Shown: piece by piece, positions 29,246-38,950 of the stretch
Numbering within the stretch: the stretch's first letter is position 1
Layout of the letters: every line of letters starts with the position of its first letter
NCBI GenBank assembly: GCA_904381335.1
Contig: CAJFIN010000002.1
Location: 34,147 to 98,146, forward strand
Reading direction: 5' to 3'
From: Candidatus Neoanaerotignum galli
GTDB lineage: Bacteria; Bacillota; Clostridia; Lachnospirales; Anaerotignaceae
DNA length: 64,000 nucleotides
Position numbers and translations under genes: made by a program
The notes under the pieces: generated by a model
Told to the model about the DNA's origin: nothing
The model's database searches: none
Seen by the model: the letters and a program-made list of their open reading frames with translations, nothing else

Positions 29246-29792
29246 TGATACCAAAAACATCCGTCTCCTGCTGACCAAATGTCTGGAAATTGAAGGTTAC
29301 ACCGTAGATACGGCCAGTAATGGCAAAGAAGGGTTGTATCTGGCTGCCACAGGAGAATATCATCTCATCTTTTTAGACATTAAGCTGCCGGAAATCAGCG
29401 GCACAGAAGTACTTCGCCAGCTCCGTACCAAAGGGATTCAAAGCCCAGTGATCATCATCACCGCCTATCCCACCGTCAAAAATGCCGTTGACTGCACCCA
29501 GCTGGGGGCCATTACCTATTTGCAAAAACCATTTACTATGGACCGTATCCATCATGTACTGCACGAGCTGCATTTAGATGATTCCCCCTTGTCCCCGCTG
29601 GCGGAGGTGCAACAGCAATTAGATCAGCAGGCCCCGGAAAAAGCCCTGGCCCTTTTGCGCCAAGCATTAAGCCAAGAACCAGAAAATGGCGCCATCTATG
29701 GTCTTTTGGCGAAAACCTATCGCCAATTAGGTAACCTGACTTTGGCAGAAAAATTTCAAAAGGCCGCTGCCCTCTTTTTAGAAGAATCTTAA
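29223..29792 (+). CDS. Response regulator: receiver domain plus short TPR-like C-terminus, no DNA-binding domain
   Basis: The receiver has the DD pair, phospho-Asp in IFLDIKLP, IIITAY and LQKPF. The C-terminal 60 aa or so are helical and TPR-like (ALALLRQALSQEPENGAIYGLLAKTYRQLGNL). AAGGAGG lies 6 nt upstream of the ATG at 29223, which overlaps the kinase 3' end. Confidence 0.75.
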   Translation: MKRALIIDDTKNIRLLLTKCLEIEGYTVDTASNGKEGLYLAATGEYHLIFLDIKLPEISGTEVLRQLRTKGIQSPVIIITAYPTVKNAVDCTQLGAITYLQKPFTMDRIHHVLHELHLDDSPLSPLAEVQQQLDQQAPEKALALLRQALSQEPENGAIYGLLAKTYRQLGNLTLAEKFQKAAALFLEES

Positions 29793-29940
29793 CATCTGAA
29801 CTCCTTTCAAACCATCCTCTCTGTGGCCGCTTTTAAGGTCAAAAACCCATGCGGTATTTTCCCTCTAAAAAGCAGCTTTTAAACTGAGCAACATACGAGC
29901 TGAGGCACTTCCTCATTTTATCGCGGATGCCTGCGAGAAG

Positions 29941-29972
29941 AAAAACCCCCATCACTGGGGGTTTTTCTTCTT
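29941..29972. terminator. Bidirectional terminator between the TCS and the convergent SGNH gene
   Basis: The sequence is AAAAACCCCC-ATCACT-GGGGGTTTTT. Confidence 0.8.
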
Positions 29973-30127
29973 TTCCTGTTCTCATATTAGGGCAAAATCA
30001 ACGGTTCTCTTCCTGCCTTTTACCGCAACCATAGTTTCTTCTTTGACCCTGGAAACCACTTTATTTGTATGGGCTTACTGACCATAGAAGCCTGCCCTCC
30101 GCCCATTTGGGTGTTTAACCCTGGGGA

Positions 30128-32155
30128 CTATTTATTCTCTCCCTCTCCTAGATAGGCATATGTTACCTCCGCTATCTTTTGATAACCGCTTTGGGCCGGA
30201 TGCGTTTCATCCGTCACCACCAGCTGTTGGTTCAGATGATCTGCATCCAGCGCCGGTTCTTCCAGCTTATAATCCAAATACGGATCCACATACGCATGAA
30301 TGGGGATCAGATGGATATGCTCCTGCTGCCGGTCAGAATACGTTTCTATCATTGCCTGGGCCAACGTCAACCTGTCGGCCCGCGCAGATAATGTTTCTTC
30401 TTCACCAAAGGGCAGCAGCGGCGTATTCAAATAGATCTCAATCTCCGGGTCATACCGATGAATTTGCCGCACGATGGTATTTAAGTTCTTTATGATCTCT
30501 GGCGGCGTGTTATCCTGCATTAAATTTAAATCGTTGATACCTAGCTGTATCACTACTGCATCTAAGTCAGTATAGCCTTGCCGCTTCATATAGGCAGAAA
30601 AATTAAACCGGCCATCTTGCAAAAAAATGTTCGTATATCCGTATTTGCTCTCTTCATAGCAATAATCGTGCGCTGACCAGCCACCCCTGCCCTCATGATG
30701 GGTATCGCCAGCAGTGCCAACGCCAAGAAAATGGACGATCTTTCCCTCTCTGGAAAAACAATCTGCTAGATATTGGGAATAATACCCTTCTCCCACCAGA
30801 CTATCCCCCAGAAGCATCACCGTCATTTCTTCCGGCACTTCATTGGGCGCAGTAACACGCACTGTTTTCTTTTCTTTTGCCATCTCCGCCACACCCAGCG
30901 TTAACTCTTGATCCCTAGATTTAGTTAAATCCAGGGCGCTTTCCTGTTCCTGCCCATCTACTGTCAATGTGCCAGTCTGAAGGCCTAGCCCTGTTACAAC
31001 ATTTGCCCCATAGATTTTCGGCGCCTGAGAAACAGCCAATAAGTGATCCGGCAGTACGAGCGATACTGGCGCATAAGCCTCCTGTGGCAGCCCCGTCTCC
31101 TCTTTACTGCCTATCACAGTTTCTTCTGGAAAAACAAACCGGCTTAGATCCAACTTCAGCATCAGTACATCATCACTATTGGGGTTTGTCAGCAAAAGAG
31201 ACGTATGCCGTGAGGAAATAAAATCGTTTTCATATCGGTCGATGCTGCCAGTAAAAACATCCCCATCTTCATTTTTTGCTTCAATGATCCATTCCCGTTG
31301 ATCCTGCTTCAGTGCCGAAAAATACCATCCCCGACTTGTGCCTTCCACCCGAACTTCTGTCACCGCCTGGGCAAACCCCTGCCAATCTGGCGGCCAAGAT
31401 GCAGTAACCGTATTGTCCCCTGCCAGCAATGAACTTCCTTCGTCATACGCTTGGTCAAATACGGCCACATGACTGAAATCTGCTTGTTCCAGCGCTTCAC
31501 TTTCCTCCGGTGAAAAAGGCTCAAATACAGGCTCTGCCAACCGGTAAAAAAACTGCACCGGTACCCCTGCCGCCAACCGCCCTGCCAGCCATTCGTTCAG
31601 CGCCTGAGGTGTATTCATATTCTTCACCCGCATCACCCGCAAATAAATAGCATCCCCTCCTGGGCAAATGGAGATCCCATCATAGGGTCGGGTTTTTTGT
31701 TCCTCGTGGGTAACCACATCAAAGTGGGTGGCATATCCTCCGGCACAGGGAATCGTCTCTTCCCAATCCAAACGATACAGCGTGGTATTCCCATTTTGCC
31801 ACGAAGTGGTATATACCTGCTGCCAATCCTCTTGCCCTGTAAAGGTCCGTACGCCCACCCAGCGCAGCACCCCCCATTGGCCGTCCTGTTTGGTCACCGT
31901 ATCCGCATAAACCTCATTAAATCGGTACAGCGGATGGGACAAGGACAAGTGATACTGCTGTGATGCTGTACCAAACCATAGATCGCCCTTCTCCCCCACC
32001 CCAGTGATCGAAGCAGGATTATAGGGGTTAATATTATAGATGTTGCTGGATTCGGTCACCACGGTGTTTCCTTCCACTATCGTGGCGCCAAAAGCAGAAA
32101 CCGACACCGGTATACACCATAAAAGTCCAAACAAAAGGGCAATATATCGCTTCAA
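30128..32155 (-). CDS. Secreted protein: unassigned approximately 430-aa N-terminal region plus C-terminal SGNH/GDSL hydrolase domain
   Basis: The signal peptide reads MKRYIALLFGLLWCIPVSVSAFG. SGNH block I is LLGDSLVGEG and block V is DETHP. The start is TTG with GGAGGA upstream. Confidence 0.6.
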   Translation of the reverse strand: MKRYIALLFGLLWCIPVSVSAFGATIVEGNTVVTESSNIYNINPYNPASITGVGEKGDLWFGTASQQYHLSLSHPLYRFNEVYADTVTKQDGQWGVLRWVGVRTFTGQEDWQQVYTTSWQNGNTTLYRLDWEETIPCAGGYATHFDVVTHEEQKTRPYDGISICPGGDAIYLRVMRVKNMNTPQALNEWLAGRLAAGVPVQFFYRLAEPVFEPFSPEESEALEQADFSHVAVFDQAYDEGSSLLAGDNTVTASWPPDWQGFAQAVTEVRVEGTSRGWYFSALKQDQREWIIEAKNEDGDVFTGSIDRYENDFISSRHTSLLLTNPNSDDVLMLKLDLSRFVFPEETVIGSKEETGLPQEAYAPVSLVLPDHLLAVSQAPKIYGANVVTGLGLQTGTLTVDGQEQESALDLTKSRDQELTLGVAEMAKEKKTVRVTAPNEVPEEMTVMLLGDSLVGEGYYSQYLADCFSREGKIVHFLGVGTAGDTHHEGRGGWSAHDYCYEESKYGYTNIFLQDGRFNFSAYMKRQGYTDLDAVVIQLGINDLNLMQDNTPPEIIKNLNTIVRQIHRYDPEIEIYLNTPLLPFGEEETLSARADRLTLAQAMIETYSDRQQEHIHLIPIHAYVDPYLDYKLEEPALDADHLNQQLVVTDETHPAQSGYQKIAEVTYAYLGEGENK

Positions 32156-32335
32156 ACGGATTCCTCCTTTGTCTTTCTAAAACGCTGTCTTTCGCTTTCT
32201 TCGGCTAGATCCAATCTGATTATACCATATTCTGAGGGAAGGTAAAATGGCATCTATTGGGAATATCCAAATGGGAATTTCTCTTTTTTTCCACCTCAAA
32301 GAATGGTATACTAAAAAGAAGCGAGGTGAAACACC

Positions 32336-33175
32336 ATGAAAATCATTGACGCCCATCTTCATTACCGGCCTGATTATGCACCCTTTGCTGCTACGGCGGC
32401 CATCAGCGGCCATGACTATTCCGCCGCTGCCATCCAGGCCTTGATGAAAGAAACGGGCATCTGTCACGGGATAGTGATGGGAAACTTTGACCCAGATCCC
32501 CAAAACCAACAATATCCGCCCTATCTCAGCTTTTGCGTTGGGCTGGACAGCAATACGTTTCGAGTGGAGGACATAAAAACCCTTACCTGGAAGGTGGAAG
32601 AAAACCTAAAACGCCCCTCCTGTGTAGGGCTAAAGCTTTATCCTGGCTATAATCCCTTTTATGTCACCGATGAGCTTTACACCCCCTTTCTCCGCCTGGC
32701 ACAAAAATATCAAAAACCTGTGGCCATCCACACTGGCGCCGTGGCAGCCACAAAACAAGGCAGTCTTTTAAAATATAGCCATCCTCTGACAGTGGATGAA
32801 CTGGCAGTGCGTTACCCGGATGTAACCTTTATCCTATGCCACTTTGGGAACCCATGGCTTTGCGATGCAGCAGCAGTGGCAGAAAAAAATAAAAACGTTG
32901 CCATCGACTTATCCGGCATACTGGAAGGTCAATTTGATGCCGAAACATTTTTTGCCAGCCATCAGCTCTATTTCCAAACCATTCAGATGTGGCTTGACTA
33001 TATTGGCAGCTATGATCGAATGATGTTTGGGACAGACTTTCCCATTGTCAATGTTCCCGCCTATGTGGCGCTTTGGAAAAAATTGCTGCCACAAGAAGTG
33101 TGGGAAGACGTCTTCTTTCATAATGCCGTACGGATTTATGGTCTGGACTTGACGAAAAAGGGGGCAATGCTATGA
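32336..33175 (+). CDS. Amidohydrolase-family metal-dependent hydrolase (Amidohydro_2-like)
   Basis: The N-terminus reads IIDAHLHY, with later HTG and CHFG motifs. An extended -10 TGGTATACT lies upstream. Confidence 0.7.
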   Translation: MKIIDAHLHYRPDYAPFAATAAISGHDYSAAAIQALMKETGICHGIVMGNFDPDPQNQQYPPYLSFCVGLDSNTFRVEDIKTLTWKVEENLKRPSCVGLKLYPGYNPFYVTDELYTPFLRLAQKYQKPVAIHTGAVAATKQGSLLKYSHPLTVDELAVRYPDVTFILCHFGNPWLCDAAAVAEKNKNVAIDLSGILEGQFDAETFFASHQLYFQTIQMWLDYIGSYDRMMFGTDFPIVNVPAYVALWKKLLPQEVWEDVFFHNAVRIYGLDLTKKGAML

Positions 33176-33831
33176 ACCGGCCCAACTTCCAAAAAGAGAT
33201 GGAACAGATCCTAGCAGGCTTACAGGTGGAAAAAACAGGGCGGAAAAAGCTACTGCTTCATAGCTGCTGTGGTCCTTGCAGCAGTTATGTCCTCACCGCC
33301 CTGACTCATTTTTTTGACATTGAACTTTTTTATTATAACCCTAACATCCATCCCGCTGAAGAATACGCCCATCGTCTCCAAACACAAAAGCAGCTCTGCC
33401 AGCAGCTGCCACGAGAAGGGACGATCGAGGTATTGGAAGATGTACCATATGATCCAGAGGCATTTTTTTCCGCCTCAGCAGGCCTAGAAGGAGAAAAAGA
33501 AGGTGGGCGGCGGTGTGAAGTATGTTTTCGGCTGCGGCTAGAAAAAACCGCATTAGAAGCGAAAAAAAGGGGGGCCGACTTTTTTACCACCACCCTTTCT
33601 GTCAGCCCCCACAAAAATGCGGCTTTGCTGGATGCAATCGGACGGGAAACGGCCCAAACATTCGGCGTAGCTTATCTGCCAGCAGATTTTAAGAAAAAGG
33701 GCGGCTATCAGCAGTCTGTGGCCTTGGCCAAGACCTTTGACCTGTACCGGCAGGACTATTGCGGCTGTATCTATTCTTTGCAAGAGCGTATGGCCCAAAA
33801 ACAGCAAAAAGAACAGGAGGCAACATTATGA
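33172..33831 (+). CDS. queH: Epoxyqueuosine reductase QueH (DUF208)
   Basis: The product has the LLHSCCGPCS and DYCGC cysteine motifs characteristic of QueH. There are ATGA overlaps at both ends. Confidence 0.8.
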   Translation: MNRPNFQKEMEQILAGLQVEKTGRKKLLLHSCCGPCSSYVLTALTHFFDIELFYYNPNIHPAEEYAHRLQTQKQLCQQLPREGTIEVLEDVPYDPEAFFSASAGLEGEKEGGRRCEVCFRLRLEKTALEAKKRGADFFTTTLSVSPHKNAALLDAIGRETAQTFGVAYLPADFKKKGGYQQSVALAKTFDLYRQDYCGCIYSLQERMAQKQQKEQEATL

Positions 33832-35516
33832 AAGTACTCATCATCGGCGGCGTTGCCGGAGGCGCTACTGCAGCGGCTCGGCTGAGACGGTTGAACGAAG
33901 AAGCAGAAATTATCATAATCGAGCGGACAGGCTTTATTTCCTATGCAAACTGCGGCCTGCCCTACTATGTGGGCGGAATCATCCAAGATAAAGCCGCTTT
34001 GACTCTACAAACGCCAGAAAGCTTTTGGCAGCGGTTTCGTATCGATGTCCGGGTACATCAAGAGGCCACAGCCATTGATCCCGACCAAAAAACAGTAACT
34101 ATCCACCGCCTGACAGATGACACAATCTATACAGAATCCTATGATAAACTGATCCTTTCCCCTGGCGCCTACGCTGTAAAGCCTTCCTACCCCGGTGTGG
34201 ATCTTCCCCAGGTATTTACGCTGCGTACCGTAGAAGACACCTATCGCCTGAGGGCGTATGTCGCCGAGCAAAAACCTCGTTCTGCCGTTATCATTGGCGG
34301 CGGTTTCATTGGGCTTGAAACGGCAGAAAACTTAATCCATGCTGGCCTTTCCGTCACACTGCTGCAGCGCAGTGCCCAGATCATGCCTCCCTATGATCCG
34401 GATATGGCCTCATTCATGACCTACTATCTTGCCACTATGGGCTTAAACATCCTATTTCATCAAACGGTGGAAGGCCTGGAGCAAACACCAGCGGGGATTC
34501 GTATCCTACGCAAAGATGATACGCCTTTGGAGACCGATCTGGTGCTGCTAGCCATTGGCGTTGCCCCAGACACCCATCTGGCCAAAGCAGCTGGCCTGGC
34601 GCTTGGCCAAAAAGATGCGATCCAAGTGAATGAACAAATGCAAACCAGTAATCCGGACATCTATGCGGTGGGCGATGCTGTGGAAGTGACTCATTTTGTC
34701 ACAAAAAAGCCCACTTTGATTTCATTAGCCGGACCTGCCAATAAACAGGGCCGCATTGCCACTGATGCTATCTGCGGTCTGCCCAGCCGTTTTACTGGCA
34801 GCCAAGGCTCCTCTGTGATTCAACTTTTTGCCATGACGGCCGCTGCCACAGGCATCAATGAAAAAACGGCAAAAGCCCAAGGCATCCCCTATGAGGCTAC
34901 GGTGACCTATTCTGCTAACCATGCCACCTATTATCCCGGTGCCAGCAATATGACCATCAAAACCCTTTTTGACCCTGAAACGGGCCGTGTGCTGGGAGCA
35001 CAAATTGTAGGCTTTGAAGGAGTGGATAAACGCATTGATGTAATCGCCACTGCCATTCGGGCAGGGATGACCTCCGCTGATCTGGCAGAGCTGGATCTGG
35101 CTTATGCCCCACCCTATTCCTCTGCCAAGGATCCGGTAAATATGGCTGGTTTTGTGATGGAAAATATCCGAGCAGGCCTGGTCAAACAGCATCAATGGTA
35201 TGAAGTGGCTGCCTTGGCGAAAGATCCTACTGCCGTATTACTGGATGTACGGCAAGATGAGGAATATGCAGAAAACCATATCCCCGGCGCCATCCATATC
35301 CCCTTGGATTGCCTTCGGGAACACCTGGTTGACCTCCCCAAAGATAAGACCATCTATGTCAACTGTTATAGTGGCCTGCGCAGTTATCTGGCCTGCCGCA
35401 TTTTAAGCCAGCATGGCTTCTCCTGCAGCAATCTGGCTGGCGGATTCCGGTTTTATGCCTTTCAGACATCGCAGGCCAGCCAAACGCCTCGATATCCTTG
35501 CGGCGTTCGCATCTGA
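33828..35516 (+). CDS. CoA-disulfide reductase / NADH oxidase-family flavoprotein with C-terminal rhodanese domain
   Basis: The FAD motif is IIGGVAGGATAA and the redox Cys is in SYANCGLPY. The C-terminal rhodanese has the active-site loop VNCYSGLRS. Confidence 0.8.
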   Translation: MKVLIIGGVAGGATAAARLRRLNEEAEIIIIERTGFISYANCGLPYYVGGIIQDKAALTLQTPESFWQRFRIDVRVHQEATAIDPDQKTVTIHRLTDDTIYTESYDKLILSPGAYAVKPSYPGVDLPQVFTLRTVEDTYRLRAYVAEQKPRSAVIIGGGFIGLETAENLIHAGLSVTLLQRSAQIMPPYDPDMASFMTYYLATMGLNILFHQTVEGLEQTPAGIRILRKDDTPLETDLVLLAIGVAPDTHLAKAAGLALGQKDAIQVNEQMQTSNPDIYAVGDAVEVTHFVTKKPTLISLAGPANKQGRIATDAICGLPSRFTGSQGSSVIQLFAMTAAATGINEKTAKAQGIPYEATVTYSANHATYYPGASNMTIKTLFDPETGRVLGAQIVGFEGVDKRIDVIATAIRAGMTSADLAELDLAYAPPYSSAKDPVNMAGFVMENIRAGLVKQHQWYEVAALAKDPTAVLLDVRQDEEYAENHIPGAIHIPLDCLREHLVDLPKDKTIYVNCYSGLRSYLACRILSQHGFSCSNLAGGFRFYAFQTSQASQTPRYPCGVRI

Positions 35517-35533
35517 GGATTATTCTATCTCTG

Positions 35534-35564
35534 ATACCCCGGCAAAGCCGGGGTATTTCTTTTG
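35534..35564 (+). terminator. Terminator after the CoADR-rhodanese gene
   Basis: The stem ATACCCCGGC-AAA-GCCGGGGTAT is followed by a T-rich tract. Confidence 0.8.
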
Positions 35565-35813
35565 GGACGCTGGTCTTGCTATTTTCATCATCTTGGGATA
35601 GGGTGTTGACGTAGCTTCTTTTTGCTGCTTTCTATCTATGCTAGCCAAAAATCGGATTCTATCCTGATCTTTTGGCCATAGGCCAACCTAAACGGCAATG
35701 GTTTCTCTTCATACTCTTTTTCTATATTCTGGCCATATGCCTAAGGAAAAAGACTATTTTCTTCTACCCTAAGCTTCTTTTCAACCATATCTCTGTCTCA
35801 AAGATTTTTGATT

Positions 35814-35846
35814 GAAAAAAAGCGTTCCAAATTGGAACGCTCTTTT
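35814..35846 (-). terminator. Terminator of glgP
   Basis: The stem AGCGTTCC/GGAACGCT has a flanking A-run, which reads as a T-run on the minus strand. Confidence 0.8.
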
Positions 35847-35849
35847 TCT

Positions 35850-38306
35850 TTAATCTTCCACTGTCATCGGCGTAATGTGCCAGATTTCATCAGCATATTC
35901 TCGGATCGTACGGTCGCTGCTAAATTTTCCGCTGCAAGCAATATTGGTGATGGCCATTTTTGCCCAGCGTGCCCGGTCCCGATACACTCGATCCACTTCC
36001 ATCTGCGTCTGAGCATAGCTTTCAAAATCCGCCAGCACAAAATAGCTGTCCGGCCGTCCGCCATCCACTCCGTTTAACAAAGAATCATATACCTCTCGGA
36101 ATACCTCTGTATCTTTACAGAAAGTGCCATTAATCAACTCCATGACAGCAATCCGGATATTTTGATCCATATTGTAAAGCATCCATGGGTCATAGGAATT
36201 GGTACGCACCCGTTCTTCCACTTCTTGCGCCCGCAGACCAAAAATAAAGATATTATCCGGTCCTACTTCTTCCCGTATCTCCACATTTGCCCCGTCCATG
36301 GTGCCAATGGTAACGGCGCCATTTAGCATAAATTTCATATTGCCCGTGCCTGAAGCCTCTTTCCCAGCCGTGGAGATCTGTTCGCTGATATCGGCAGCCG
36401 GTATCAGTTTTTCTGCTAAAGAGACCCGATAATTCGGCAAAAAAACGACTTTCAGCTTGCCGCCAATATTGGGGTCATGATTTACCAAATCCGCCACAGC
36501 GTTAATCAATTTGATAATCAATTTGGCCCGGCGGTAGCTGGCCGCCGCTTTTGCCCCGAAGATAAAGGTCCGCGGCACCATATCCAGCCCAGGATTTACC
36601 CTAAGGTTATAGTAAAGATAGATAATGTGCAGGACATTGAGCAGCTGACGTTTATATTCATGCAGCCGCTTTACCTGGATATCAAAAATGGAATGTGGAT
36701 CAACCTCTATCCCCAGCTCCTGTTTTATATAGGCTGCCAAGGCGTCTTTCTTTTGCTGTTTGACCTGGTAAAACGCCTCTTGAAACCCCGGATCATCTAC
36801 ATAGGACAATAAACCCTTCATCTGATTTAGATCAGTAATCCAACCATCGCCAATTTTTTGGGTAATCAGATTGGCTAATGGTTCATTGGCATGCAGCAGC
36901 CAGCGCCGCTGAGTTATCCCATTTGTTTTGTTGTTAAACTTTTCTGGATACATCTCATAAAAGTCCTTTAGTTCCTGATGTTCCAAGATTTCCGTATGGA
37001 GTTTGGCTACGCCATTGATGCTATGGCTGCCCACAATGGCCAAAAAGGCCATCCGTACCTGGCCATCAGCCACAATGGCCATACGGCGCCATTTCTGCTG
37101 GTCATTGGGGTATTTTTCCATCAACTCAATGCAGAACCGGCGGTTTATCTCTTCCACAATCATGTAGATCCGCGGCAGCAGGCGGCTAAACAACTCTACG
37201 GGCCATTTTTCCAGCGCTTCACTCATAATGGTATGATTGGTATAGCCACAGACTTTCGTTGTAATCTCCCACGCATCATCCCATGGCAGCTCATATTCAT
37301 CCACCAACACCCGCATCAGCTCCGCAACCGCCATGCTGGGGTGGGTATCATTCAGCTGAAAGGCCACCTTATTGGGCAGGTCCTTCCAATCGGTGTGATT
37401 TTGATGGAACCGAGCCAATGCCCGTTGCACTGTGGCGGAGACAAAAAAATATTGCTGCCGCAGCCGCAGCTCTTTACCGGAGATATGGTCATCTGCCGGA
37501 TAGAGCACATCCGTCAGTGTTTGAGCCAAATTCTGTTCCTCCAACGCCTTTTGGTAATTGCCTTCATTAAAGCTTTGCAGATCAAACCGATTGATGGGTT
37601 GGGCGTCCCACAGACGCAAGGTATTGACGATCTGATTATCATATCCTACCACGGGGTAGTCATAGGGCACAGCCATAACGCTGCGGTAATTTTCCTGCAA
37701 AAATTGGTAATGGCCGTCCTCCTTTTGCACCGCCCGCACCTGACCGCCAAATTTTACTTCCACCGCATATTCCGGCCGGCGGATACTCCATGGATCTCCA
37801 TTTTCCAGCCAATTATCCGGCACTTCCACTTGGTATCCATCCTGAAGCTTCTGTTCAAAAATGCCATAGTGATACCGAATGCCGCAGCCATACGCTGGCA
37901 AGCTCAGTGTGGATAAGGAGTCGAGGAAGCACGCCGCCAGCCGCCCCAAACCACCGTTGCCTAAGCCAGGGTCCGGTTCTGCTTCTTCAATCTGGGCCTC
38001 ATCAATGCCCAGCTCCGCAAAGGCTTGCCGAAAGGGTGGATAGAGAGATAGATTCATAACAGTATTACCCAAAAACCGGCCCATCAAAAACTCCATGGAC
38101 AAGTAGTACACTACTTTCACATCCTTTTGATAGTAGGTATCATGGGTCTTCATCCAAATATCATTTACTACTTCCCGTATGGAATATGCCGCAGCCTGAT
38201 ACAACTCTTGCTTTGATGCATTTGCTAAATTTTTCCGAAATAGCACCTTCAGGTGCTCTTCTATCATCTGCTTGAATTGTTCTTTTGTGATATCCAGATG
38301 CTTCAT
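35850..38306 (-). CDS. glgP: Glycogen/alpha-glucan phosphorylase
   Basis: The 818-aa product has the PLP-lysine motif EASGTGNMKFMLNG and the N-terminal GNGGLGRLAACFLDS. Confidence 0.92.
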   Translation of the reverse strand: MKHLDITKEQFKQMIEEHLKVLFRKNLANASKQELYQAAAYSIREVVNDIWMKTHDTYYQKDVKVVYYLSMEFLMGRFLGNTVMNLSLYPPFRQAFAELGIDEAQIEEAEPDPGLGNGGLGRLAACFLDSLSTLSLPAYGCGIRYHYGIFEQKLQDGYQVEVPDNWLENGDPWSIRRPEYAVEVKFGGQVRAVQKEDGHYQFLQENYRSVMAVPYDYPVVGYDNQIVNTLRLWDAQPINRFDLQSFNEGNYQKALEEQNLAQTLTDVLYPADDHISGKELRLRQQYFFVSATVQRALARFHQNHTDWKDLPNKVAFQLNDTHPSMAVAELMRVLVDEYELPWDDAWEITTKVCGYTNHTIMSEALEKWPVELFSRLLPRIYMIVEEINRRFCIELMEKYPNDQQKWRRMAIVADGQVRMAFLAIVGSHSINGVAKLHTEILEHQELKDFYEMYPEKFNNKTNGITQRRWLLHANEPLANLITQKIGDGWITDLNQMKGLLSYVDDPGFQEAFYQVKQQKKDALAAYIKQELGIEVDPHSIFDIQVKRLHEYKRQLLNVLHIIYLYYNLRVNPGLDMVPRTFIFGAKAAASYRRAKLIIKLINAVADLVNHDPNIGGKLKVVFLPNYRVSLAEKLIPAADISEQISTAGKEASGTGNMKFMLNGAVTIGTMDGANVEIREEVGPDNIFIFGLRAQEVEERVRTNSYDPWMLYNMDQNIRIAVMELINGTFCKDTEVFREVYDSLLNGVDGGRPDSYFVLADFESYAQTQMEVDRVYRDRARWAKMAITNIACSGKFSSDRTIREYADEIWHITPMTVED

Positions 38307-38380
38307 GGTATTGCCTCCTTGAAAAAAATCGAAACCGTCATCTCGCCCATATCTTTGCTGGTTCTTTTATCCTATGCCAA

Positions 38381-38950
38381 TTAAAACTGGAAAACAATGC
38401 CCACAATGGCTGCTAAAATAATATAAAAAAGCGGATGCCTCTGAATCTTTCTGGTCATAACCACAAGTACGGCAAAAAGTATTATGGATTTCCATTGAAA
38501 TAATGCCGCTGCAAAGCCTTGACTATCCCATACTGCCGCAGAAAACATCTCTGTGGCCGCTAAAGACACCGCCACCGCACCAATCAGCCCCGTCACCGTA
38601 GGACGAAGTCCAGAAAAAACCTTTTTCACCGCTGGTTGATCAGAAAAGCTCTGTAAAAATCGAGCAATCACGAGGATAATGATAATGGATGGCGTCACTA
38701 AGCCCAATGTTGTAACCAGTGCCCCCACCACCCCGTAATTTACAAAACCGGCATAAGTAGCCATATTCACGCCAATGGGGCCAGGCGTGGATTCTGACAC
38801 CGCAATCATATCGCTCACCATTTGTGGGGTAAACCAATCATATTTTCCCGCCAGGTCATATAAAAAAGGCAGCGTGGCCAAACCGCCACCAATGGAAAAC
38901 AGCCCAACTTTGAAAAATTCAAAAAACATCAAGCATAGTTCTGCCATCAT
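38381..38950 (-). CDS. chrA: Chromate transporter (CHR family, short-chain half)
   Basis: The 189-aa polytopic protein has the CHR pattern (FKVGLFSIGGGLATLPF...SESTPGPIG). Confidence 0.8.
   Translation of the reverse strand: MMAELCLMFFEFFKVGLFSIGGGLATLPFLYDLAGKYDWFTPQMVSDMIAVSESTPGPIGVNMATYAGFVNYGVVGALVTTLGLVTPSIIIILVIARFLQSFSDQPAVKKVFSGLRPTVTGLIGAVAVSLAATEMFSAAVWDSQGFAAALFQWKSIILFAVLVVMTRKIQRHPLFYIILAAIVGIVFQF

Noticed and set aside
32156-32335. Possible preQ1 riboswitch ahead of the queH-containing operon
   Set aside because: The region contains two divergent extended -10 promoters, but I could find nothing resembling the preQ1 aptamer core.
36978-37916. 312-aa ORF on the plus strand
   Set aside because: It is antisense to glgP, and its translation has no recognisable motifs. 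It is a shadow ORF.
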